Positions 36,001 to 47,221 are shown, counted from the stretch's first letter. The stretch is DNA of 64,000 bases from Vitrella brassicaformis CCMP3155 (GCA_001179505.1 CDMY01000337.1:50158-114157), one strand, 5' to 3'. Notes: generated by a model not told the origin, from the letters alone. Numbers and translations: made by a program.

Positions 36001-37932
36001 GAGAATCCTATCTTTTGCTTTCACATCATCATACACCCTCTCTCTACCCATGCATGTCTCCCTGTCTTCATCAGCCGTGTGTCCCTTCATCCCCAAGGAG
36101 ACGGACCAGTACGCGCGCTACACGCTCGTCGGCACGCGAAGGACACAGGGCGACGAACGGTACAGAAAGACACACATCTGGATGTCATGTCTCTTTAGCG
36201 GCAAATCTTGGCGCTGCAGCTTTCCGTATGAGTACTTCAGCAAGACTTTCCCGTGGCTGGCTCGGCATGGCAGCATATTCTACACCATGTGCACCACTCC
36301 GAAGTATGAAACGTTTAAGAACGAGACTTTCCGTGAGCATGCGGCCGACAATTGCGAGTGGAACGCGGGCAAGTGCCTCAACCGGATGCTAACCGAAGGC
36401 GAGGACACACGCAATACGCACAGGCATACGCCAGGAAAGCGCGTGGGTGCCCATGTGTCTCTCCCTTCTTGTTTCGTCCCCTGCAGGCAGACATAAATCC
36501 GACATCGGCAAGGATGTTGCCAAGCTCATCAACCCAGTCAGCAGCCCCAACATCAAGTTCTACAAGAAGTTCTGGCCCAACGCATGGGGCGACAAGCTCA
36601 TACCCAACGGACTCGCCAAGGCGCTCGGCGACTACCCACCCTACAAAAAGTACCAGTGCTTCTATGGCACGTGGCTCACCGACTCGCCCCCACTCACATG
36701 TGCCCAGTCCATCAAGGTCATCAGATGTATCGACCAACACGCGACAGTGTGGCGACTCAAGAAAGGAGCAAGGACTCCGCCGTCTGTGAGTGGTCAAGGC
36801 TTCTTATCTCTGTTGCCTCTGCTATGGTGGCTTTTGAAGAAGACGCGCATTCTCGACGTGCACTTGCGGCGCGGTCTCCCTTCAGCACTTATACGTTTTG
36901 CCTCGGCTTGCATGGAACGATGGCCACCATCTCAGGCCAATTCAACTGAATTTGCCGAAGCTGGAAAGAATGCGGACGGTGCTGACTGCGACGGTTTGTT
37001 CTGTGAGGCGGAGGTCATTTTCCTGCGTGACATATCAATCGGTGACACTGTTCTGTCTTGGGACGCGACAAGAAGGCGGCACACATGGAAAGACGTCTAC
37101 TTCAAAGAGACATTTGGTAGGGAAAGGGGTGCACCGGTCGACCATTGTGGGACACCATCGTGTGTGCCATAAGTGTCTATGCCGTATCGATTATCGTTGC
37201 GCAGACCCCCCTGGCCCGTCCGATCTGACCCCCACGGTGACGATCACCGTCCACCGCCCCCGCACATCCCTCACCCTCTCCCCGTCACACCTGCTGCCGG
37301 TGGTCGTGCCATCGACAAGGCACAGGACGAGACTGGTGGCTGCGAGTGAGGTGCGGGTGGGAGACATGGTCTATGTAGGCGGGAAAGGGGGCGACGCGAT
37401 GGGACGCGTTGCCGGCGTCAAGTGGAGGCAAGAAGTGAGCAAGAGATGGACAGACAGACAGACAGACAGACAGACAGAACGAATGAGAGCGTGTGTCTTC
37501 TGATCTGGCTGTCAGCGACGTGTCTTGTCGTTGATGTATGTGATGGGCGGCTACCTCGTGGCCAACGGGATTGTGATATCTGACGCCGACGAGCCCCTCG
37601 ACCTGCCCACGCAGGGCAGATGGACGGCTGTCACTAACCTGGACACAAGGCAAGCCGAGCCGAGCTCCTGCACGCACAGGGAAGACATGGAGGGACACGT
37701 ATTGATGATATCAGGCTTCTGTACCTTGTTGGTGGTGCTGCTGCGGTCGATTCGTGGTGGTACCGTGCATATTGGAGGTGAGCGAGACGACCGCCTCAGG
37801 TTGCACATCTTGTCCACGTCTCCCTGCATTGCATCTGTCAGATGGAGCGTAAGGCTCAACGATGGGCTTCAGGCTTTGTGTGCGAGAGCACAAGAGGCTC
37901 TCTCTGACCTGTGGACGACATTTGTGATGTAG
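27099..37932 (+). CDS. Giant secreted multi-Sushi/CCP-repeat protein with C-terminal Hint (Hedgehog-type Hog) domain
   Basis: Signal peptide MALCRVALWRALLLFCFLFSSAA. Roughly twenty C...C...GxWxxxxLxC modules (e.g. CIKGQWTPVTLVC, CNDGQWGRPNLRC). Hint: CIDQHATVW...ISIGDTVLSW...SLTLSPSHLL...ASEVRVGDMV...GYLVANGIVIS, followed by a Trp-rich tail. Confidence 0.85.
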
Positions 37933-38049
37933 TGTAGGTGATGCGTTTATGGGATTGCAATTGAGGCATCGGATTTTGTGTCAGTCAGTAGGTGGCTGTC
38001 TGTGTTGAGTGCTCTATCGACACGTATACATACAAAGCACTATTTGTGT

Positions 38050-39246
38050 ATACATACAAATCACTGCTTGCAATTGTGTCCACTGCAGCCGATCGCTCTC
38101 TTCCGATTGACTCACTCACTCACACTCATTGATTGATTGATTGATTTGATCGGTCAGCGATGTTTGCCTCTCGTCGTTCCCTCGCCGTGTCGGTCTTGTG
38201 CTTCTGGCTGGCCATCCGCTCGGCACCCGCCACCAACACAAGCAGCAGCAGCCTCTTCTATCAGCGTGCCGAGCCAGCTGCCGACGGCAATGAGGGCGAG
38301 GAGGGTGAGGGTGAGGGCGTGCCTGTCCACGTCCACGTTCATGTGTCCGCCCCGCCCGCCGCCGTGCCGTCGGCTGTGGCGCCTGACAGTGTGGCGCACA
38401 TGGCCGAGGCGCTGGCCGCTCAAGACAAGGACGAGGCCGACGCCGAGAAGCGACAGGCCCGCACACTCGAGGCCAAACTGACAATCGACGACAAAAAGGA
38501 CACCATCGACGCCGAAAAGGACGCACTCAGGTCACTCACAAACACACACAGACACATCCATGTCTCCATCTCTCTCTCTCTGTGTCTGTGTGTGTGTTGC
38601 TGTCAGGGCTGAGCGTCGTTTGGTGTCTGCGGCAGCCCGTGTGGCGGACGAGGAGAGCGCCGCTCGAGACGCCATCGAGGGCGAGCACCAGACGCAGGAG
38701 ACGCTCGAGCGCAACGAACAAGAGACAGACAAGAACGTCAAGGCCGCAATCGCACAACTCAAACACGAGGCATCAATGGCACACACATAGGGAGAGGAGG
38801 GAGACACACATATGGATGGATGTGTGTGTCATGTATGTGCAGGAGGGCGAGTTGCGTGTGGCTGACAGTCGTTTGAAGGAGGCCAAGGACAAGGAGAGGG
38901 ACCTCATGCAGGCCGCCCAGCAGCCGACTCCCACCACCACCAGCACACACAAGGCGCCCCACCCAAGCAGCAAGCGGGCCGCAGACGGAGAGAAGGAGGG
39001 CGGGACGGCCGCAGAGCAGGAGGCACTCAAGGCACTCAAGGACACGGAGGTGAGCAGGCGGATTGGTGCATTCAGCTGTGGTCAATGGATGGATAGATGT
39101 GTGTGTGTGTGTCATAAGGTGTCCGAGTCGAGTGATCCGTGTGAAGTGCTGGAGAGCATCAAGCCGCACGCGGCACACCGATTCAGAGCACACGCAACGC
39201 ACTGATGCATCAATCATCACACAGACGCACAGAGACGCACACAGTG
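38050..39246 (+). repeat. Inverted segmental duplicate, copy B (pairs with 19087-20297)
   Basis: Same sequence as copy A in opposite orientation, with scattered substitutions and small indels. Confidence 0.95.
38160..39205 (+). CDS. Secreted acidic coiled-coil protein, paralog B
   Basis: MFASRRSLAVSVLCFWLAIRSA...; near-identical to 19127-20178. The final exon VSESSDPCEVLESIKPHAAHRFRAHATH-stop is the same in both. Confidence 0.7.
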
Positions 39247-39348
39247 ACGGTCGATGTGTATTGACTCAGCGGATGGATGTTTATTGATTGAATCGACATC
39301 CAAACGGGTTGACAAGGAAATCCATGCAGAAGTCCGCCAGCGCGCCGC

Positions 39349-39878
39349 TCACTCAGTCTGCTCATTCTGGACGTGTACATTCAGTCCATCACCAAACTAC
39401 CACTCGCGCACCGCACCGCACCTCCCGTTTGTTAGTCAGCGAGCTCCGAGGCCTGTTGGGTGCATGCAACACACGCACAGAGAGAGTCATCTGTGTAAGT
39501 GTGTGCTGTGGTTTTGTGTGCTGATCCACCCACCTGCGTTCTGTGGATTGGTGCTGATGTTGTTCGGTGTGGTGCCCATGTCGCGGCCAATTCCCAATAC
39601 TCCCCCGGCCCCAGCAGCAATGCCCATGGATGCAGAAATGCCGGCAGCAGCAGCAGCAGGGGGCAGCTGCACGCCACCGCGATCCTGTGGCTGCTTGGAC
39701 TTGGCTGTGGGCTGTGTCGGAGGGGATGGCGATCGACCGTTGCTGCTGCCGTTGTTGTTGCTGGTGTAGTATGCCTGCTGTTTGAGCTGCATCTTGCTGG
39801 GTGGGGCAAGGGGAGGTGACAGGATGGTCGGCCCTGCCGTGGGTGCAGGTGTGGGCTGAGCGTGGACGGGAGGTGCAC

Positions 39879-39915
<37 letters not shown>

Positions 39916-42900
39916 CACGTCGCCGAGAGGACGCGAGAAGGTCGCGCCCGGCACACGGGGAGGGTGACGTGACAGAGGAGCCTGAACACACACATTCGGC
40001 CACAGATATGAGGACGGTTGTTCCCTCTGTCTGTCTATCTATCTATCTATCTATATCTATCTCTGTATCTATCTGTGTCATCATGTACCTGGTTGTATCG
40101 GTTGTAGTAGTTGTCCGCCCTATCGCCCCCGCCCCGCCCGTTGTTGGCATTCCCATACCCATCCATCACGATCTCGTCCTGCACATCCCTCTCCCTCTCT
40201 ACATACCCCTGGCGGCTGCCCACACCGACCCCAGCCAAGCGCCCGTTCCCCTCCGCCACCCTCTCACGCACCACACGCCCGCCGCCACTGCCGTCGCCGG
40301 TCCGCCCGTGGCTGGGCAGATCGACATCGCGACGACGTGACGTGCGCTGCTCACGGTCGTCACGCTCGTCACGGTCGTCATGTTGGTCGTGTCGGTTGTT
40401 GTAGTGGTGGCGACTGGCACTACCTTGGCGGCCGGGGCGGAGACGGGCGTCATCGTTGTTGGCGTGGTGCTGGTCTTGGGGCTGAGGGTGATGGTGACGG
40501 AGGTGACCGTTGTCATCTGATGGGGAGAACGGCCAAAGGGCATGTTTGTGCATGTGTGTCTGTGTGTGCGCATGTCTGTGTTGCCCACCTGCTGTGGGTG
40601 AGATGCGGTGGTGGGGGCCGATATGATACTGCAGGTCCTCCAACAACACCCCTGACACCACACAGCAACCACACCACAGCACATCAGACAGATACACGGT
40701 ACTCCCTCCCCCCCCCACACTTACCGAACCAGCCTTGCCACTTGCCTAGGCACTCGATCTGCCTCCGTGACGCCGTCGAGCTGGGGTTGTCGAAGCCGGC
40801 CACCATGTCGCACAGCACGTCCAGCACCACCGACGAGATGCCGATCAGCATGTGCCGCTCGTAGTGATCGAAGTCGCGGATGTTCGGGCACTCCGCCACC
40901 CACTGCCTCAGGTGGTCCATCAGGAGGGTGCACTCCTTGCAGTCCTGCCGGTTCAGCTTCACCGCATCCGTCAGCCGGTTGTCGTCGTGTAGGATGGGCG
41001 GCGGGCCGGGGTCGCTGCGTATGGGTGCCTCGGGAATGGCACCGCGATCGAGCTGAGAGTCACCTGACATCCAGACGCATACACAAGGAGAAAGAAGGAC
41101 ACAGAGTGTGTGCATTTTGTGTCGGTGCTGCTCGTTGAGCTCACGATAGGCCGAGGCGGCTCTCTGCAGGTCAGCCTGGAGCCGTCCCACGGTCTGCTCG
41201 GCCGCCAGCTGAGCCTCATGAAACCTACACGCCAACAGAACAAAGACGAGGACAGCAGGCCACCTCGACGGACGCATTGATGTGGCCATCCATGTGTTGG
41301 TGAATTTACCATTCGCTCTCCCGACAGGCGGCGTCACGCTGCTGCTGCAATGCAATCGACTGATGCCTGCAGACAACACACCACAAACACAGCAAGAGCA
41401 AGGAATGAGTCCTCCTTGGTTGTCTCTCTCACGGCAGCGCCCCGCTCTGCCGCTCTCTGCGCGTCAAGTCGGCCAGCAGGTCAGCAAGCCTGACATACAC
41501 ACACGACACCCCAACAGCACCATCGCCACATGGCATGACCGATCCATCCATCCATTGCCCCCCCGCCCCCCTCCCCTCTCACCTCTGCCGCAAGGGCAGC
41601 CAGCCATCCGGCGGACTGCTACCTCCACCGTCGAACGATTGAACGATTGGAATCACCCCCTCTGCACCACACACATGCCCATCGTCACGCCCCGGCGCAT
41701 TTCCCTCGGCTACCCCGCCCTCCTGGCCAGCCGGTGTGATGATCTCACCGGGAGTGGATGGGGGCTGCGCTGGCTCCATTGTTCCTTCGGATATCCACCT
41801 GTCGGCGATGGCATGCAGCTCCGACAGCTTCGTCTCGATCTCCTTCACAACTATGTCCAGCCCTGCACGGCTCACCACAACACACACACACACGCACACC
41901 CGCACACCCGCACACACACCATAGCAGACACAAACGGACCCATTGCACGATCGTATTGGTGTCGTTCGTCTGTGAGCATCCTCCCGCACCCACCCACCCA
42001 CCCACCCACCTGTGCGATGCTGCAGCTGGTCGATCCGTAACTCAGCTTCCGGTCTGAGTCTGCTCTTGAGGTACTGGTGCAGGAAATCCTCCTGGAGCAG
42101 CCCCACGAAGGGAGTCTTCGTCTGGCACTTGGTCAGGATATTGCGCGTCGCCACCCTGTTGACCTCCACGAACTTGAGCAGCTCAGCCAGGTAACCGGCC
42201 AAATCCTTGTAACCCTTGTCTGCCACAGACGGACAGACAGACAGACAAACAGGGGATGCCATGCATGGGTGTCATGTGGGTCACCCCCCCCCCCCCCCCC
42301 NNNNNNNNNNNNNNNNNNNNNNNNNNNNNNNNNNNNNNNNNNNNNNNNNNNNNNNNNNNNNNNNNNNNNNNNNNNNNNNNNNNNNNNNNNNNNNNNNNNN
42401 NNNNNNNNNNNNNNNNNNNNNNNNNNNNNNNNNNNNNNNNNNNNNNNNNNNNNNNNNNNNNNNNNNNNNNNNNNNNNNNNNNNNNNNNNNNNNNNNNNNN
42501 NNNNNNNNNNNNNNNNNNNNNNNNNNNNNNNNNNNNNNNNNNNNNNNNNNNNNNNNNNNNNNNNNNNNNNNNNNNNNNNNNNNNNNNNNNNNNNNNNNNN
42601 CCCCCTTCTCTCTCTCTGTGTGTGTGTGTGTGTGTGTGCGTGTGTGTTTTTGTTTACATTGGCTGGCGTAGGTTTTGGGGCTAAGGAAGTTCTGGTACTC
42701 ACGCAGGCTGTTCAGGCGACTCGTCGTCCACGTGAGCTCCATCTCTGACACACACACACACACACGTAAACACCCATCCATCCATCCATGTGTGCACCCA
42801 TTCACCGTAGAAACAGACGCATTTGTCGATCTCTCGGGCTGGTTGGACAGACAAACATGACAAACATGGCCCAGCTATTCCATTCGTGTGTACGTGTGCG

Positions 42901-43263
42901 TCTGTGAATGAGTCTGCCTGCCTGCCCACCCAGGTTTTGGCAGAACTCCTCAAGGTTCTTCTTGCCGGCCGCCTCGCTCGTCACCAGCTCGTGCATCGTC
43001 GCACGCAACTGCTTCTGCAACCTGCACACACACGCATCCATCCATCCGATCCACAGAGGACGCACAGCCCCGGGTGCCCCGCCCCGCCCCGACACACATG
43101 AGGCATGAATGGATCTCTCTGTGCGTGGCGTGCCTCAGTGGCGGCCCACTCACCCCTGGTAGTCGATGTAGTATCCTTCCCACTCGCCGTTGACGTCCTG
43201 GGGGTCGAATGCGTAGATGTGGTCGACGCCCACGTCGGCGCACGGGCCCTCCTCGCCGCTCAT
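39349..43263 (-). CDS. Protein with degenerate N-terminal SPX domain and long low-complexity (Gln/His/Arg-Asp) C-terminus; 3' end approximate
   Basis: Spliced GEWEGYYIDYQGLQKQL (SPX helix 1 pattern EWxxxYIDYKxLKK) and LAELLKFVEVNRVATRNILTKCQTK (SPX helix 6 pattern LNxxGFxKILKKxDK). One intron spans an N gap. Confidence 0.7.
42301..42600. other. Assembly gap (300 N) flanked by poly-C
   Basis: N run with C homopolymers on both sides, inside an intron. Confidence 1.
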
Positions 43264-43386
43264 GGCGGTCGGGTGGACAGATGGACAGATGACGGACGTC
43301 GGCCGCCGCGCTGCCTGTGCCTGGCCTGTAGCTGCCCTTCTTGCACAGGAGCCCCGTCAGCTATTCTCACCCCGTGAAGGAGAGGG

Positions 43387-43413
43387 TGAAACCCTTAACC
43401 CTGAAACCCTAAC
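43387..43413. repeat. Short degenerate interstitial telomere-like repeat
   Basis: TGAAACCCTTAACCCTGAAACCCTAAC, i.e. about three TT(T/C/A)AGGG-like units on the minus strand. Confidence 0.55.
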
Positions 43414-43827
43414 GCGGCCGCCAGGCCGGGCGGTTCCAGGCCAGGCAAGGACTGCATGCAGACTCAGGGCGGGTCAGTCGAGTGCTTTGCGGGTCATCGC
43501 TATTCATCACATCCTCTCTGTGTGTGTTCCCCCTGACTCCCCCTCCCTCCCTCCCTCCCTCCCCCTCTGAGTCAGTCAGTCTTTCGGCAACGTCCTGTAC
43601 GATCACCCACCCACCGACACGTGTCGCACGCTCTCCGAGAAATGATGTGTGCGTGCGTTGAGTGACCCCTCCCCTATCCAAGCAGCATGCACTGACAAAT
43701 AGCCACCCTCATGGATGCCATCATGGCAGTCATCCCGCCATTGGCGCACACGCACACGCGCACAAACGCACAGCCAAGGAGGCTCTTCGAGCCATTATCC
43801 TGGCGTCGTCTTCATTCGTTCGTTGAT

Positions 43828-44989
43828 TCATTCGTCAGTGCCGTCTGGCAGTGGTGGTCTCAGCAGCAGATAGAGCGATGGCGAAATGAGGGGAACTGCC
43901 CAGAAGGCACCCACTCGCAAGACATCGGAGGGCTTCCACACCTCTTTGCCGGACTGCTCGTCGACCGACGGGCCCCATCCACGCCGCTTCATGTCCTCGA
44001 TGAGCGGGTCCAGGAACACCAGCCACAGGATCACAAAGTCGATCGATGAAGCTGCAGCACACATCCGATCGATGAAGTACATACAGGTGTTATTGTGAGG
44101 CGTCATCACTGACCATTTACAAGTCGCTGCGTGAAGAATGCCTCCTTGTAATCCTGCCAGAGTGCCGGGAGGGTCTGCAGCCCCTCGCCTGACAGCAGCC
44201 CGCCGAGTCCCCCACCGACGCCGCTCACCACCAGCCACACCGACGCCGCCAAGATGGCGGCGCTGGTGCCCTTGAACTCAAGCAGCCTCCCGAACCAGCC
44301 GAGAGACGAACGACCCACCGAGGACCTGATTGGAAACGCCATACACCCCAGTTTTTTCTTTCTTTTTCATCGATGTTTTCATGTGTCGCCTCGCCTGCAT
44401 ACACACCTCACCTGTACTCTCTTATTGCCACATATGGCCCGATGCCGCCATAGCCCAGGAACTCGCTGAGAAGGAAGTAGGGGACCAGGCTCGTGCCGGC
44501 CCGCTCGAGGAATGCCGGAAGGCGCACCGGCAGCCACGATGGGACAGGTTGGTCTCGGGAGCCGGGCACCAGCACCGACGCGTAGATCAAGGGAACCACG
44601 CCCAAAGAGTTGAAGTACGCCGCGATGAGTCGGTTGACGGGGGGGTCGAGTGGCGAGGCGATGAGGCCCTTGATGAGCTCTGCATTCTTGTCTGGCGCCT
44701 CATTAGGGCCAAGGAACAGGCCGACAGCGAGGAATGCGGCCCACACGGCGAAACAGATGCCGGTGCGGATGAGAGTCTTGGTGTCTGTTGTTGCCGGTGG
44801 CGCAGCTGCTGCAGAGGGCTGTGGGCGAGCGCTGACCCTTGTGGGAGATGATGCACCCGCGCGATGAAGAGTGGGAGATGATGCAGGGCCAGATCTGGCA
44901 GGCAAACTGGGACGTTTTAGTGCAGGCTGCGGCAGGAATGCGTCCGCTGAGTTGTAGAGCAGCAGGCTAGTCAGGAAAAGGGCTCTCAT
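43828..44989 (-). CDS. Plastid-targeted polytopic membrane protein of a conserved cyanobacterial/algal uncharacterised type (DUF2834-like)
   Basis: Bipartite presequence MRALFLTSLLLYNSADA-FLP plus a basic Ser/Pro-rich transit peptide. Motifs AYFNSLGVVPLIYASVLVP, GIGPYVAIRE, DPLIEDMKRRG, VPLISPSLYLLLRPPLP. Family assignment is from memory of the pattern. Confidence 0.7.
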
Positions 44990-45268
44990 CTCTTTCTCCT
45001 CGCGCCTGTCTGCAAGCTTCTGATGAGGCTGTAGTTGGTTTTCTTGTGCTCTGCTCAGACCGAAGGAGAATGCGAGCTTAGCTGCGCACTTCCCCCAAAA
45101 AAGGATAAGGAAAGCAGGCGGTTTGAGCTTCTTTCAACGCCCTGCTGTGCGCTATTGACGACGTGGAAGCACTCGTGAGGAAAGCAAGCAAGATCTGCCA
45201 TCCATCGACAACTCCGTTCTGCTGGTGCCGCATTCCATTCCCCCTTCCCTTCCCCTCAACGCACAGCC

Positions 45269-45880
45269 ATGCGCCGTCTGCCGTTGAGCAGCCTGCTGCC
45301 CCTCTTCCTGCTACTGAGAATGATCATGGCGCTGCACACCGCAGCCGAGTCGACGGATGCCCTCGAGCCCTCCGGCACTGACACCGACGCTGAAGCGTGG
45401 AGCTTGCGCGAGGAGGAGGAGTCAAGGATGTCGCCTGAGGACGTGCTGATCATGCGGACGAGCCTCTGCATGGACTACGACAGCCAGTCCAACAAGTGCG
45501 AGGCGGTGCCCAAGTGCACGTACCTGAGGGAGGAGGACGTCAAGGGCGGGATGAACGGGACGGCATCTGCGGCGCAGACGGGCGGGGAGCCATCTCATGC
45601 CCGGTGTGTGGTGGAGCCTGACTACATGAAGTACCTGGCTGACAGCCACTGCCGGATGGAGTCCAAGGCGTCGATACTCAACACGGGGAGGGACCTGCAC
45701 AGGGAAGGCATCATGCCGCTGCCCCTCCTGTCGCATCTCCGCTCGCGGATGGACCATGCCCTCATCTGCCGTGGCGTGGTCTTCTCGTACTTTTCCAAGG
45801 TGGCGCCGGACGACCGGATACTGCAGACCTCCTGGCTGGACCTCAAGACCTGGGAGAAACTGGTCAGGGTCATGAGGTGA
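45269..45880 (+). CDS. Secreted Cys-containing hypothetical protein (203 aa, single ORF; could continue past the gap)
   Basis: Signal peptide MRRLPLSSLLPLFLLLRMIMA, strong GC3 codon bias, six Cys. Confidence 0.7.
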   Translation: MRRLPLSSLLPLFLLLRMIMALHTAAESTDALEPSGTDTDAEAWSLREEEESRMSPEDVLIMRTSLCMDYDSQSNKCEAVPKCTYLREEDVKGGMNGTASAAQTGGEPSHARCVVEPDYMKYLADSHCRMESKASILNTGRDLHREGIMPLPLLSHLRSRMDHALICRGVVFSYFSKVAPDDRILQTSWLDLKTWEKLVRVMR

Positions 45881-45903
45881 CGACGGTGGGATAGGTGGGG
45901 GGG

Positions 45904-46203
45904 NNNNNNNNNNNNNNNNNNNNNNNNNNNNNNNNNNNNNNNNNNNNNNNNNNNNNNNNNNNNNNNNNNNNNNNNNNNNNNNNNNNNNNNNNNNNNNNNN
46001 NNNNNNNNNNNNNNNNNNNNNNNNNNNNNNNNNNNNNNNNNNNNNNNNNNNNNNNNNNNNNNNNNNNNNNNNNNNNNNNNNNNNNNNNNNNNNNNNNNNN
46101 NNNNNNNNNNNNNNNNNNNNNNNNNNNNNNNNNNNNNNNNNNNNNNNNNNNNNNNNNNNNNNNNNNNNNNNNNNNNNNNNNNNNNNNNNNNNNNNNNNNN
46201 NNN
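45904..46203. other. Assembly gap (300 N) flanked by poly-G
   Basis: N run bordered by G tracts. Confidence 1.
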
Positions 46204-46642
46204 GGGGAGGGGGTGGGCATGCAGCGGTGTTTATCGTGGGCATTTTTTCGCAGACAGACAGACAGACAGTCGGTGACAGTTGATGCGACGTGATACGTTG
46301 GGTCGCTTCTTGATCATGGTGCGGTGTTGAGTCACTCGTTGCATGGGAATTCGTTCACGGTGCGTGCCTTGTATAGAGGGGAGGGACTCATGACATGAAG
46401 CTATGAGGCTGTTTTAAAACGACCAAACATTCAACGTCGAGAATCGTTCACTGGCTCCAGCTCGCAGACTGCGGTCCTGTCGTCAAAGATCTGGTTCTCG
46501 TCGCAGTCCTACTCCGCCCTCTCACTCTCAGACACGTAAGGGACGGCATGGCACATTTGACCAACCATGCAGGACGCCACATGGATCTATCTGCCGTCAT
46601 GCACCGACGGTCGCTGTATCTGCCTGTCTGCCTGTGTGCAGG

Positions 46643-47221
46643 ATGCCTCGTGAGCGCACCTACATCATGGTCAAGCCCGACGGCGTCCAGCGGGGCCTGG
46701 TTGGCGAGATCATCAAGCGCTTCGAGCAGCGGGGCTTCAAGCTGGTGGCCATGAAGATGAAGGCCGCCTCGCCGGAGCTCCTGCAGCAGCACTACGCAGA
46801 TCTCTCCAGCAAGCCCTTCTTCCCGGGCCTCATCGCCTACGTGGGCTCAGGGCCCGTCGTCTGCATGGTCTGGGAGGGCACTGACGTAAGCACCAACACA
46901 ACACGAAGCAGTCGTCACCACACCGCTTAGCACCTATACATCGACCGCACTTCACCCCTCTCGCATGTGCGTGCGTGTGTGTGTATGTGTGTGCAGGTGG
47001 TCAAGACGGGTCGCAAGATGCTGGGTGAGACCAAGCCGCTGGAGAGCAACCCCGGGACCATCCGCGGCGATTACTGCATCGACGTGGGCCGCAACATCAT
47101 CCACGGCAGCGACTCGGTGGACTCGGCCAACAAGGAGATCAACCTGTGGTTCACGCCAGAGGAAATCTGCGAGTGGCGCAGCATGGAGGAGCCCTGGGTC
47201 TACGAGAAGGCAGCCGACTAG
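46643..47221 (+). CDS. NDK: Nucleoside diphosphate kinase (group I), 2 coding exons plus a probable 5'-UTR intron
   Basis: [28 protein letters not shown]...[22 protein letters not shown] (catalytic His motif NxxHGSD)...WVYE. Confidence 0.97.

Noticed and set aside
36726-37590. Hint domain as a protein-splicing intein
   Set aside because: No C-terminal His-Asn followed by Cys/Ser/Thr and no C-extein. It ends NGIVISD plus an SRR-like tail, as in Hog domains.
19087-39246. Inverted copies as terminal inverted repeats of a giant transposon
   Set aside because: The repeats are whole intron-containing genes, and no transposase or target-site duplication was found.
42077-46293. ORFs spanning the N runs
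   Set aside because: Artefacts of translating unknown bases.
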